Positions 24,401 through 36,200 of a DNA stretch of 64,000 bases are shown here, piece by piece. The DNA is from Raillietiella orientalis (taxonomy: Eukaryota), in contig JAYWIR010000033.1 in NCBI GenBank assembly GCA_036172245.1, positions 1,860,001-1,924,000 on the forward strand. The letters run 5' to 3'. Under the pieces are notes generated by a model. It ran no database searches and had not been told where the DNA came from. It saw nothing but the letters and a program-made list of their open reading frames with translations. Each line of letters begins with the position of its first letter. Within the stretch, counting starts at the first letter, position 1. The translations under genes were made by a program, and so were the position numbers.

Positions 24401-27400
24401 CAGTCCCTCGAAGCCGAGGAGGAGCGGGAGAGGAAAGTGTAACCCCCCCCCCCCCCAGACACGCGCGCTTGCGGTGGACGCAGGATTCCGGAAGGTTCCG
24501 CCTCTCGATCTGGTCAAGAGTGGACGTGCGAGCATCCCCAGACCTTTGGCAACGTCCCCCTCCTCCCGCGTGCAGGTGCCCCCTCGAGCTGGCTTCCGCC
24601 TCCTTGTTCATGGCCTCCGTCGCGCACCTGGACGGTGCCAGCGATCAGGTGGTCCCCTGCTCTTTGCCCTGTCCCCCGATGGACGGACGCGCCAGCTCTC
24701 AGCAAGCGACCACCGCTGTGGACGGAGCCGATCGGCGAGCGAGCGGGAAAGCTCACGCGACTCACCTCGCGGCGGCTGCCGGCTTTCGTTCGCGCCGCGC
24801 GGCAGGTCCCTAGTCCCAGGTCCGCACGTCGGCAGCGGCAGGAGATCCAGGCAGGACTTCGGGGACTTCGGGGAAAAACTCGTCGCTCTACAACACCGGT
24901 CTCCGTTTCCCGTGGAGTCATGGCGGGCGTGCAGCAGCTGTTCAGCTAGGTGCGGGAGCCAGCCAAGAGTGCCGCCTGGTGCGAGTCCCAGGCATCCATT
25001 TGCATCTCAAACCGTTGCGAGACAGGGAAGGAGAAGAGGACTCGGTAGATGTTCTTCGTATCTCGTGAGAGGTCCGACCACTGCTTTGCCTGAGGCTTTT
25101 TCCCTTCACCCCCCAAGCACGCATCAGCAGTGGAAAGCACGACAAAAAAAATAAACTCCGGGAAAGGCGTGCCTTCATCCCGACCTCTGTCCGCGATCCG
25201 GACGGACGACATTCACCTGAGCGCTCTGCTGTCCCCTTAAGCAGGCCGTCTCCTGGGAAACCGAAAAAGAAAGAAGTGCTGGGTGTGGAGACCACGCGCG
25301 CGATCCTCTCGGCGATCCTCTGTCGCACCGTCCGAAGAGACGCTGAAATCTCTGTCATGTTTCCTCTTCTGAAACATACACGCGTGCAGAAAGAGAGTGA
25401 AAGTCATCAGGGAAATGATCGCCGTAGGCACCCTAAAAAAGAAAAAAAAACCTGCCGAACGGGTTTTGCTGTTTTCGGGAGACCTGATGAAGGTACGTAG
25501 GTGCGAAGGAAGGGGAACCGGGGCGCTGCCGGACGCTGGAGGAGCTTTCGCCCTTCTTCCAACGCCATCCCCGTCCTGTACCCTCCTCTTTCGCTCTCGG
25601 TCCCGCGTCCATGTTCGTTTCCGCTCTCCCATCCGACGCTGCGGTCCGCACCTCGCCTCCTCCTCCTAGCCTGCTTGCCGTCCACAGTTTCCTGTGGAGA
25701 CGAAACGTCCGAAGCGAAAACGCGAGCTCTGCTCAAGAGCAGCGTCTGATGCAACCGAGGAGAATGCAGAGAGGCCCCATTTGCATTGCTTCCTGGGTGG
25801 CGATATCGCTTTTACTTTTCCCTAAAAACTCACGCACGTCAGGGTCGTTTCATTTCTCAACATTTGCAGCGGGAATACCTCGATGACATAAACAAAAATT
25901 CGCATGTGCGATATCCCTCATAATTAGCAGCTGCTTGCACGTCGCTAAGCAACGACCAGAGAGACTGACAGTCGTGGAAGCTCGGATGCAACTCCAGCTT
26001 TACAGCACCTCCCTTTAATTGCAGTTCAACCCTCCTTTAATTCATTAACCCTTTACTTGATTCTTCCTTGCCAGAAGACTCACCATTCAGAACATTTTCT
26101 TCGATATTTTACAGCATCACTGTTTTTTTTTCCCTAAGAAATTCCGCATGCTCCATCTCATTTTGCTCCCATCAGATACACCAGAGCAGCGAGCATTCCC
26201 AACCACACCTTCATTAGTGAATGGCGTAGGAGGCCTCGAGTTTGCACCGCCAAGAGCGCATCATTTGGGTACAGGACGTACAGAGCTGTTCTCGTCACGT
26301 ACATCTAGCGCAGAGGCTGGATGTAGGAAATGGAAGGGCCATCTACCGCAAACTGAGGGGGTCATCGACGTGGTTGACAAGAGTCGAAGGCTGCCCAGTA
26401 CTTTTGAGAATGGGTGCATCCGGTTCTCGGTGGTAAGAGATAGACTCCAATAGATTTTTTGGCTGCCTACGAATCCATTTAGAAAACCCGGCTTAGCACA
26501 CCCATGGAGACCATAGAACAGCTTCCCTCCCTTCCTACAAGCGGTGCTTTCTCATCTGCGGCTGTCTGACTGCAGTTTCCATTGGAATCCAAGCGCAGTC
26601 ACAAGGGATCGCAGTTCTCCAAATCGTTTTCTGATTTGACATCTCATTGCAGTCAGTCCGGTGTTGCCAGAAAGGAGGAAGCCCCCGGATGCGGAGTTGG
26701 CAAGGGAGATCACGGAGAAAATGGACCGTGTGACGAATTGCATACGAAGAATCCCAACTGCATGTTCGCGTAAGTCTTCAAGTAAGTGATTTTTAAATGT
26801 ACTCTTTGAAGTCCGGAGAGTTTTTTTTTTTTTTTTTTTTCGTGGCAACCCTGCTTGGAATCCGAAGTGCTAATGGATAACGAACCCAGAAGGCTGAGAA
26901 TACGTGATGGGGAGCAGAAAACAGCACGAGCTTTTGGTATGTCTTGAAGATAAACAGCTTTTCCTGCTTGCCTTTCTGCACCCATTTGATTCTGACGGTT
27001 GTAAAACTGTGATGGGAAAGGCAAGGAGGCAGCAGAGGAAAAGGTGGAAAAGGAGGGATTTTCAGACATACGTCTTAAAGGAAGAGGGAGCAAATCTCAC
27101 GCCTGATCGTAATCGTGGACGTGGAGCACGACACGTGCTGCCACCGACAGCTTTGGAAGCATTCGGTCGACCAAACGTGCGTGCACGTTCCTCGCAAGCG
27201 CGGCCTCCCGGTCCAGCCGAGAACGAAAGGGATGCCTTGCAAATTTCACATCCCGCCTTCTCCAGGATCAGGGCAAAAAGTTCTCCCTCTCGCTTTGAAA
27301 TCCTCCCTCCTGCCTCTTCTCTTTAGCTCTTAGCTCCTTCACCGATTTCAAACAGTCTGGCTCCGTCCACATTCCAGACACCGGGCTTCCCGCCGGCGTT

Positions 27401-29829
27401 TCCTGGATTCGCAGCGTTTCCCTAGTGCCTTCGGTGTTTGCATCCATCCGCGTGGCTACAAACCTCGCGTCCCTGTGTACGTACGTTCCGTACGTAGGTG
27501 TGTGTGGGTGTGTTTTTTGTTCTTCGCTTTGGGACGCTCAACTTTTTTTTCGCCGCTGGTAGTGGTTTCATTACGAGCGCCTATTCCCTTCCGAGCACTT
27601 CTGGTTATTTATTTTTCCTCCTCCCTACATTGAATTTTCTCCATCCACGTACTTCCTGATACCCATTTTGTCCCCTCGTCCACGAGATTTTTTTTTTTTT
27701 TTTTTATTGCCCCCGATGTCTAGTGTATTTCTGTGCACATGTCTGTCACATCCCCGATACTTATTATCGGATCCTCACGCTCAGTTTATTTATTTATTTA
27801 TTTTCCTTCATAGATACGCATCCATTTATTCACGAGACGATCATTGTCCTCGCAAACGTGGAAAGCTTCCGTACAGTCCGTGAAAAAAGACACATCATTC
27901 TATACAGAGGAGTGTTAACATTGTACATCGCTCCATACTTGCTGGTCATCAACTCACGGACCAACCTCTCGTCACGGCACGGCTGCTGACGAACTCAGGT
28001 TTCCATGGCGAAACCGCTCTCTCTGAGCACAGGGGACGAAGATCCACTGGTGCGTATGGGACGTGGTCCAGAGCAAGCGCGAAACGAAGCCAGCACGCAG
28101 GAAGAGTCCAAGAACGAACAGCGGAAGGCTACATGCACCCATGCGAAAGATGGAATGGTTTCTTGGCGACCAGGCGATGGTCCTTTCAGGAACTTCTCTC
28201 GAGAGAGCACGTCAGGCCTTTCACGTTCTTCGTGGAGGCACGGGTCGCACGTGCACAGCATGAAAATCAATCTGCGACCAACTATCTCCGCAGGTGATAA
28301 ACCCCGAGGCCCATTTCCAGCACGATTTCCGAAGTCTTCCTTAGTTTATTTAAAGAAACTTCGAGAATCCCAAATGCTCTTTCATTTATCAAATGCTCAA
28401 CCTCCGCTGTGGTTTCCGCCCCAATGTCCATTGCAAGAGTTTTACGATTCCTTTTATCCGAAATATCCGTGCTGCTTTCTGCTTGATTTCTGCGTCCCTT
28501 TCATTCCTTTCGCAGCATCCATTCCCCGCCCATTACCCAAGTGAATCCTTTCCAGCTTGCAATTTCTTGGGAAAGGATCAACAGGAGTTGATCGGCGGTT
28601 CATTTGCTTTTGCCTTGGGAAGGAAGGACGGCCAAGGGCCAATTAGGAGTCATTGTTTGACCGTTAACCAGCAAACTCTGCCGCGTGCTTTTTCCTCGGG
28701 GAGGGTAAAGGCAAAACTTTCATCTTTCGTTCCGAGAAGCGCGTCTCTTGATCGGGGATTTCCGGTGGTTTCTGATAGGTCTCGTGGCTTCGCTTCTTAT
28801 GCGGTTTGCTCGAGATCGGTCCTACGTGAAACCAGAGAGCGTCGGAGCTGCTGCTCTGGCACTCCCTGGTTGCCTTTTTTCCAGAGAGTCTTCAAGGTAG
28901 TGCTGCTCGTTCTCTTCCCAGAGATGAGTTTCAAAGGCCTTCTTTCTCATTGCTCCTTCTCTGACGCATACGTGCGCGTCCTTGGTTCCTCGGGTATTTT
29001 GTCCATGTCAGTCTCTTCACACCCAGCAGACCTAGGAATTTTCAGTCTTCCTGGCCTGTTCTCGGAGCCTAGCGTGCTGCCTCTCTCAGAAAAAGCTGCA
29101 GGAGAGCTCACCTGCCGCGCCCATGAGAACTCCCCATCGAGAGAGTTCACGTGTCCAGTTGTTGCTCTTGGGCCACTCGTGATCTTTGACATTGCTTGAG
29201 CCTAGCGGGGTGCTGGCCTTGTTCGGAAGACTCGAGCACATAGGTCTGCGCCACGGTCGTTCGAAGCGGGCCCAGTAGATGTCGCGGCTGCGTTCGACGT
29301 CGGACGACGCTGACCTTCTTCTGTCGTCATCGGAGGGAAACCCAGTAGACACAGAAGTGACGTCAGGAGCATTGAGACGGTGGGAGTGTGGGAACATCTG
29401 ACAAAGAAAGGGTGGAGTTTCAAGGAACCCAGGATTTTCAGATCGGGTGGGATGCAACACTGAGGAAGCCCACGAGAAAGACAAGCGACTCCAGACTGCT
29501 GGTGATCCAACTCAAGGAAACACTTCTTTACTACATAGAGAAGTTCACGGACCAAGAGGGGGCCATGCTGCTGCTCCCAGATTCACTCATATCGGCCGAT
29601 GTGCGTCAGTGGACGCCGCTTGTCCCCCTCTCCGGACGTTCCGCTGAAGCACTGAAAGAAAAAGGAGAGCAAAAACAGAAAGTCGGCTCTCCGCTTCTCC
29701 GATGAAGAAGTACCGTCATCTGTCGAAGAGATCCTTGTAGGATCTCCTTAAGATCATGGAGAAGCGAGGAGCGGTGGAAAACTCACCGACACGGGGGTGT
29801 CTGTGCAGACGAATTCCATCGGCTCTGCG

Positions 29830-31010
29830 CTGTCCAAGTGTATGGGGTATTTTCCGCCTGGGACGGGAGCCCTCCTGCTGGCGGATGACACGGTCAATTT
29901 CTCTAGAACCGAAGAGCGAACTCATCCGTAAGAGCAGGCAGCAGCAAAAGGGATCGCGTCAACAAGACCGGACTTCTTGGCTGAGTCTGCTCACAATTGG
30001 GCCGGTAGTTCAAAGGGATAGACAAGGTGTTCCAGGGGGCGACGGTGGAGCCAACGTCGAAACCGCCACCGTTGACGGGAATGGCCGAGAGCCCAACAGG
30101 CCGCGACATCCCTTCGAACGAGAAAGACAAGTCTGAGAAGCCAGCGGTTGGTGGAGCGGCGCCGGAAGATTGCGACAAGACCTGGACAACGCTCCCACCG
30201 TGGGAAGGAAGCAAGAAGTTGATGATTCCTAATAGATGGATACAGTGCATCAGGACCTATTTCAGCATGAGCCACCGCAGGAAGATGATGACAGTGGTAG
30301 AAGAAGGAAAAACTCTTCCAGTCTTGGGTTTTGTCCCCAGGCAAAGTATTCGGGAACAAAAACGTGGATAAAATTGGCTCGTGAGCTTCCTTCGACTCTC
30401 CCGGTGTGTTTATGGACTCACAGCAGGCGTCGAGCAATGTAGACGGTTCTCGCTCTTCAAGATGAGGCCAGCTGGTAACAGAGAACCCACGCCGCCACTT
30501 GACCCATCCCTTGATCGCTGCCACGAAGGGATGCATGACCCGATATCCTGAAGGAAAAGAATACTGGGCTTACAGCTCCGGTTAGGGTCGTGACCGAAAA
30601 CCGGGTGCGACTTTAATGCCATCCTACCCGCAAAATCCTTAGGCACGCACTCGGTTGCGAGGCAATGGCATCAAGGCTGCCTCGCAACCGAAGCGGCATG
30701 AAGGAGCTCGGGTTCCCACTGAGACAGATCACTTCTCTACAGGAAGAACAGGAACGGATCTTCGGCACCCCGCAAGCTACAACGCTTGGCGGCAGGTGGC
30801 AGCGGTCACTCGAACCCGCATTCAAGAGTTGATACACCCCATCTGGGAGCAGCCTCCCTGGAGGAAGTGGGAAGGAACCAGAAGAAGTGGGCCCTGTCCA
30901 CTGCCAGCTCCTCAGTCGCAGCAGCGCTATCCTCCCTCCTGATACGAACCGACAGGCTGGGTGATCTCGTAGTAACATCAGCGACGAGACTCCCAAGCGA
31001 GCGGGAGAGA
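29830..31010 (+). mobile_element. Decayed BEL/Pao LTR-retrotransposon pol remnant (RT C-terminus / RNase H region)
   Basis: Ordered motifs: WLSLLTI (like LG.LSP.TI); KTWTTLPPWEGSKKLMIPNRW (like W...L..L...IPR); VCLWTHS (~30405, like V.LWTDS); HPLIAATKG (~30505, like NPAD.ATRG); YNAWRQVAAVTR (~30778, like YSSW.KL.RVTA); SLLIRTDRLGDLVV..RL (~30935, like SL.P.LD..G.LRV.GRL). No LTRs found. Confidence 0.5.
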
Positions 31011-32396
31011 TGACCCAGATGACACCCAGTGTCCGCGCAAAGGACCACCCCGTTAGAAGGAATATCCGGGCATTCCGCCTCAGGAGTCTGTGATCCCCTC
31101 CCTTATACCTGGACGCCTCTGTGCTCCCCGCTCAGATGGTAGCACGAGGAAGCTTGCTGTTTGTGCTCTGGGACCTCCCGCGAAACCAGCGGCTACGTCG
31201 CTGGACGAGAGGCAGCGAAGGGAAGCGGAGGTCGCCCCCCTCACCTGCGGTAGACTTCGGAGCGCGGTGGAAATGCCTTGCAGGAGTCCTATTTCGACCC
31301 GAAGACACCAAAGGAAGAGCTTTTGCTGAGCGAGCCTGGCTTTTCCTGGTCTCCCGATCTTGTGTCGCGTCCCGGGACATTGAGGCGAACGACCTCGTGT
31401 CTCATCCCTGAAGTAACGAGGAGTGACAAAGTGGCTTCCAGATTGAAGGAGGACGCCTCCTGCACTACATGTATGTTTTCAAAGTCCTTTCCCGAATTTT
31501 TCGTGGACTAGTGAATTCCCTGATCCACACTGTCTGTGTATTCTTTTGTTTGTTCTTCAGGATATGAACGTCCCGGTGAAAGCGGTTGCTGCTAGCGAGG
31601 GTCGCGCTCGCTTTCTTTGCCAAGTGGGCGTAGGCGCCGTGCCTACTGGCGCGGGGTGTCGTGCGCAGGTGCTCTCTGATTGGGCTCTTGCTCCCGCAGG
31701 AAGACTACTTCATCCTCCTACCGCGTCCGTCCGACGGGAAGGATTGGGACGTTTCCAAGCAACTTTCCAAGCCGTCTCCCTCGCTGCAGAAGCGGAAGCG
31801 TTCGAACCAAATTCCCCCGGGCCGTTCCTCCTCGAGGTCTGGACGGCGGGCGAAAAAGGGAGGAACGTTCTGTCAGGCGTTCCCGACACGCGGCGAAGAG
31901 TTAGCGGAGGTTGCCGGCCAACTCTCCGCCACCGTTCCAGGGATCCTTCCGAAGCGCTGGATGGGGTGGGGCAGTCACCCAAGACAAGGTCACTCCAGAA
32001 GCTCGCTTTCTAGAAGCTCCAGGTGCCTCGGCCTTCCTCAGCCGAAGGAGGAAGCCTGCACGTGGCAGCCGGAGCAACCCCTAAAGGTCACTCATTCGCT
32101 GCTCGTTCGCTGCTGACGACTCGACCCTCCGCTGTCGCTCCCTTCGCGCTGCCCTCAGGCCCTGACAAAGCAGCAACGAAAACCCCCTTCGACAAGAGCT
32201 TGTGGTTATGTATTTACATAAATCTTTATATAAAGATGCATATGAATATGGATTTTTTCTAATGTACATTAATCCAAGCACAAATTCTTACGTAAATGTA
32301 GAAGCAATTTTATATAATCTTTGTACAAATATACATAATTAATACATGAATAAGTATATACAATGAGAAACGTAAAAATGTAAATACACATAAAGT

Positions 32397-32533
32397 AAAA
32401 AGAAGAGTTAAGACTGATTTTTAGAGCATTTTGTTCATGGAATGTAATCAGTAATAATTCATGTGATTTATTGTTATTAATTACATTCCATGAACCAATA
32501 ATGCTCTAGAAATCAATCTTAACTCTTCTTTTT
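32397..32533. repeat. ~137-bp imperfect palindrome (arms ~60 bp) in an AT-rich island
   Basis: AAAAAGAAGAGTTAAGACTGATTTTTAGAGCATTTTGTTCATGGAATGTAAT pairs with ATTACATTCCATGAACCAATAATGCTCTAGAAATCAATCTTAACTCTTCTTTTT. Confidence 0.9.
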
Positions 32534-33099
32534 CTATAATCTACACATTAATCCACGCATTAATCTTCACACAAATACACATACGAACGGGTATTTACTT
32601 TTTATAACCTTCATGATTCACATTAAATCATATATTAATTACTACATGAATGTATACATGGTAAGCATATATATTAATCCACATATGAATCATTGCACAG
32701 ATGTACATATGAATATATATATGCCAAGCATATCAACTAAACATCTATACTTCTTTTTTATCATTTTCGACGTATATATCAACAACCAATTAGTCACATG
32801 CATAGAATGTGTCACTGAATCTTAATAAATATATCTGTTCCAATAATATTACTGTTACTAATACCTATGCAAATAAATGCAAACAGCCATTCTTTTTAAA
32901 ACAAATCTGCGTGTTGATCCGTGTAGAATAAGCGCACGTATTTTTATTCCTTTTGATCCTTCGGGATTTCTATCGACGCCACCGTTGGCCGATCGCGCTG
33001 CTTTTCACCTCATTCCTCTCCGCCTCCTGACCGCTGTCCCTTTGCCAGCCCCCCCATGCTCCTCCGAAAAGGGAGTGCCTCCATTCCACCTTGGATCAA

Positions 33100-33258
33100 T
33101 GCAGCCAGCTTGTCACGGCACAAACTCTGGAGGGTCACTGGAGGGAACGGTCACTTGAGACCCATCTTCCCAGGGGGTGGATCCAGTCTGCAGGCAGCTT
33201 GCCACTGGAAAAGTGCTGGAGGGTCACTGGAGGGAAAGGTCACTTGTGACCCCCCTTC
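33100..33258. repeat. Two-copy tandem duplication, period ~89 bp
   Basis: CTGGAGGGTCACTGGAGGGAA(C/A)GGTCACTTG at 33127 and 33216, each preceded by TGCAG(C/G)CAGCTTG(T/C)CAC. Confidence 0.85.
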
Positions 33259-36200
33259 GCCTGCTTCCTCTTGTCCCTGCCGAATGACCTCCAGGAGATC
33301 TCACGATGCTGTTGCCTGCCCCGAGGCCTTGAGACGTACAGAGGCCTCATCTGCTACCTTCCTCCCTACCACGGAGCAGGTGAGGCGAGCCTCCTGCCTT
33401 CCTTCTCTTCCCTTGCCCGGGGCGTGTCGCTGCCGGTACCCCGTGCAGCCACGGGTCCCCGAAGCGCCCTGCGACCCTGGACTCGAAGGCGCAGAAGGGA
33501 GGAAGAGTTTTCACCCGGGTACGCCGGGGCATTTATTTAAAGATTAAATGAATATTTCCAATATTTTGCAATTTCGTCCTTTTCGTATACAACCTACCAC
33601 TTCACCGGTTCGCAGACCGGTGCGGTCCACCACAGCAGAGGGGAAAGGGTAAGCAAAAAAAGAGAAACAAACCAAAATAAAACAGTTTTAGGAGAGGGAG
33701 GGTACGGGAAGGGGTCAGCAAGGTCTTGCTTGATATTGCCGTCCAGTTGGGTCCAGCTGACCGCTGTCCGCAGAAAGCGGAGAGCGAAGTGGATGTCGAC
33801 CCTGTCGTTCTTCCCTCCGTTGGTGTCGCTCCACGCCACCACGATTCTGCGGAGGCAGCAAAGCGCTGCTGGGGCTGCGACTGGTTGCAGGACGTCCCGC
33901 ACAAGGGAGGAACAAAGATCGCGGAAGGAGACGGGGTCCCCTTCACGGTCCCTTCCCGGAAGGTTTGGAGCGCCAGCCATTCCGGACAGGGCCTGCGAGT
34001 CCGACGGCGGCTTGCGTCGCCGTGTCTTCTGTCCGCCGGCAGTCCGGAAGACAGGGAGCCGGAGGGTCCGGTCGCCTGTTCGGACACCAGCGGATCCACG
34101 AGCGAGCGACCAAGTGCTTCCTCCGTCCTCAGGCAGTCCGGTCATTTCCTAAATCGGAGGTGGAAGATTCCCTCATCCCAAAATCCTTCGGGAGGGAGGG
34201 CGGGAAGACGATCGTCGCTGCTGCGCCTCCTTCCCTCTGGGCGTCCTCCGCCCTCCAGGAGAGAGAGACGAAACCAGGAGGGTCCTCACCGGTATGCCTT
34301 CCTTCTTCGGGAGCAGGTGGGGAGGAAGGCGGTCCTCTCCTCTCCGAACCGGGAACGGACGGAGGAGCCGGCAAGCGAAGCCGAGATCCAGGGGATGCGG
34401 GGGAGGTGAGAAGGCCGCGCGGTTCGTCTCCCCAGCGCTCCCTGCCCGCTATCGCCTCCTGTTCCCAGGCGATGCTTAGCGACTTTCGCTCTGGGGTTGC
34501 TTCCCCCTCAGACCCGCGAGAGCGCCGCAGCCTTCCCGAGGAGGCGGGCAAAAACAAGAAAATCGATCTGTCGGGCGGCCTGATGAGGCGACGCGCCTTG
34601 CGACTGGGACGGAGCGAACGCGCGGAGGCAACGCCGAGTGGGCGCAAGCGCGCGCGCTCTCGCTGCGCGAGAGGGCGGATGACGGCATTCCCTCGCGGCG
34701 CCAACGCCCGTCAAAAGTCCAGCTGGGGACGGCGGCCGCCCGGGACGGGTACCAAGAGAAAGGAGATGAAGCTGGAGAGGGCGGCCTTGAGACAGCTCCC
34801 AGGCGGCAGCAGCCGAAAACCGTGGTTACAGTAGCGGTCGGTAACAACGAAAAATTCATTTTTTAATGTTTATATATTGTTAATTTAATTGTTAAAGAGT
34901 GATTCTCAGCGGGAATAACAGATTCCGCTTCTCTAAAGGTAGGGGATGGTGACGCAGCGATGACAGCGAGACCACGGTGGCAGTCGTGTGCCACCAGGAA
35001 ACCATGTTGGCGGTTCGGGATAACAACAGTGAGAAGAGCAGTGGGAATCACAATCTTGGCGACCGCAGCGTTGCTAGAAGTGGATTGTTGTGGTTGCGGG
35101 TAGCCTGTTCGTGGTGGCTGCTGTGGTTGTTGAATGGAGCAGCGGCTTCGTCCCTAGCGCGGAGTTGCCTGCGGTGCAAATGACAATCGAGATCTGTCCT
35201 CGCGGTCTTGCTGGGGAGAATTTCCCAGTGCTGTTCCAATGATGAGGAAAAAAAAAGAAAAAAGGGAAACGGGGGAAAGGATTTTCTGGATGGTGGAGGG
35301 GCTTTTCGGACCTCTTCTCCTTCCGGATGCATTCCCGGACACTGCAGAAACGATTGCAGGAGTCAAAAACGAGCCCCATCTCGGATGAGACGAGGGGGGG
35401 TTGGAACCGTCCCTCTGCCAGACAGCATCTTTTCACTGGCGCCCTGTCGATATTTCAAGCAGATGACATCCCATTAAACTCCTTTAGAGGAGAAAAGAGG
35501 GGGAAAAAAATGCATTTGGAGCGGTGTAACTCGAACCCACAGGGGAGCCCGACGAGGCAAGCCCTTATTTAAATATTGGTCCTCGATATCGGGGAACGGG
35601 ATGCTACCCCTCGCTCTCTTCGTCGTTAAACGGCGTTAACAGCGTGATACGCAGATACCAGGATGTCCATAGAGGTACCAAAAGAAGGGAGCACACGATG
35701 GTGGCCGGGACCCGCCGAAGCCACTCGACGAGGGGATGATTCCTCTCGATGCCTAACGAAACGACCTCTGGATTGAAAATGAGGCGTCGGAGTGCGCCCC
35801 AAGAATCTCTGTATTCATGGGCTGCAAGCAACAAAGAAAGAAAGAAGGAAGAAAGGAAAGAAAAAAAAAAAGGAACTGCCAGTTCGTTTGCTGGGGATGA
35901 TTCAATGGGAAGTCGGAGGAAGCAGCATTCCTGAACCCGTTTGATGCGAAACCGGCGTGAAGCCAATCTGAGAAGATGACACTTGCACGTGAGCCGCATA
36001 CTTGGATCCCCTCGTCTCAAGGTCGAGTACCTCCCATTGTTCCTTGCCTGGTATTGTTGCTCACGGCTTCTTGGATACCTGCTCATTCATCCATTCTTCA
36101 TCTGAGGGGAAGGGATGCTGCTTCCATCTGTTGCTTACTCCCTTCACGCAGAAAATTCCTCCGAACCCTTCTCGCGAAAGCAGGAACGTAAGAAGATGAA

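Noticed and set aside
24117..25154. 345-aa ORF, and similar long ORFs at 6397-7674, 18716-19537 and 33965-34834
   Set aside because: R/P/G/S-rich translations typical of GC-rich non-coding DNA; no domain, codon bias or splice context.
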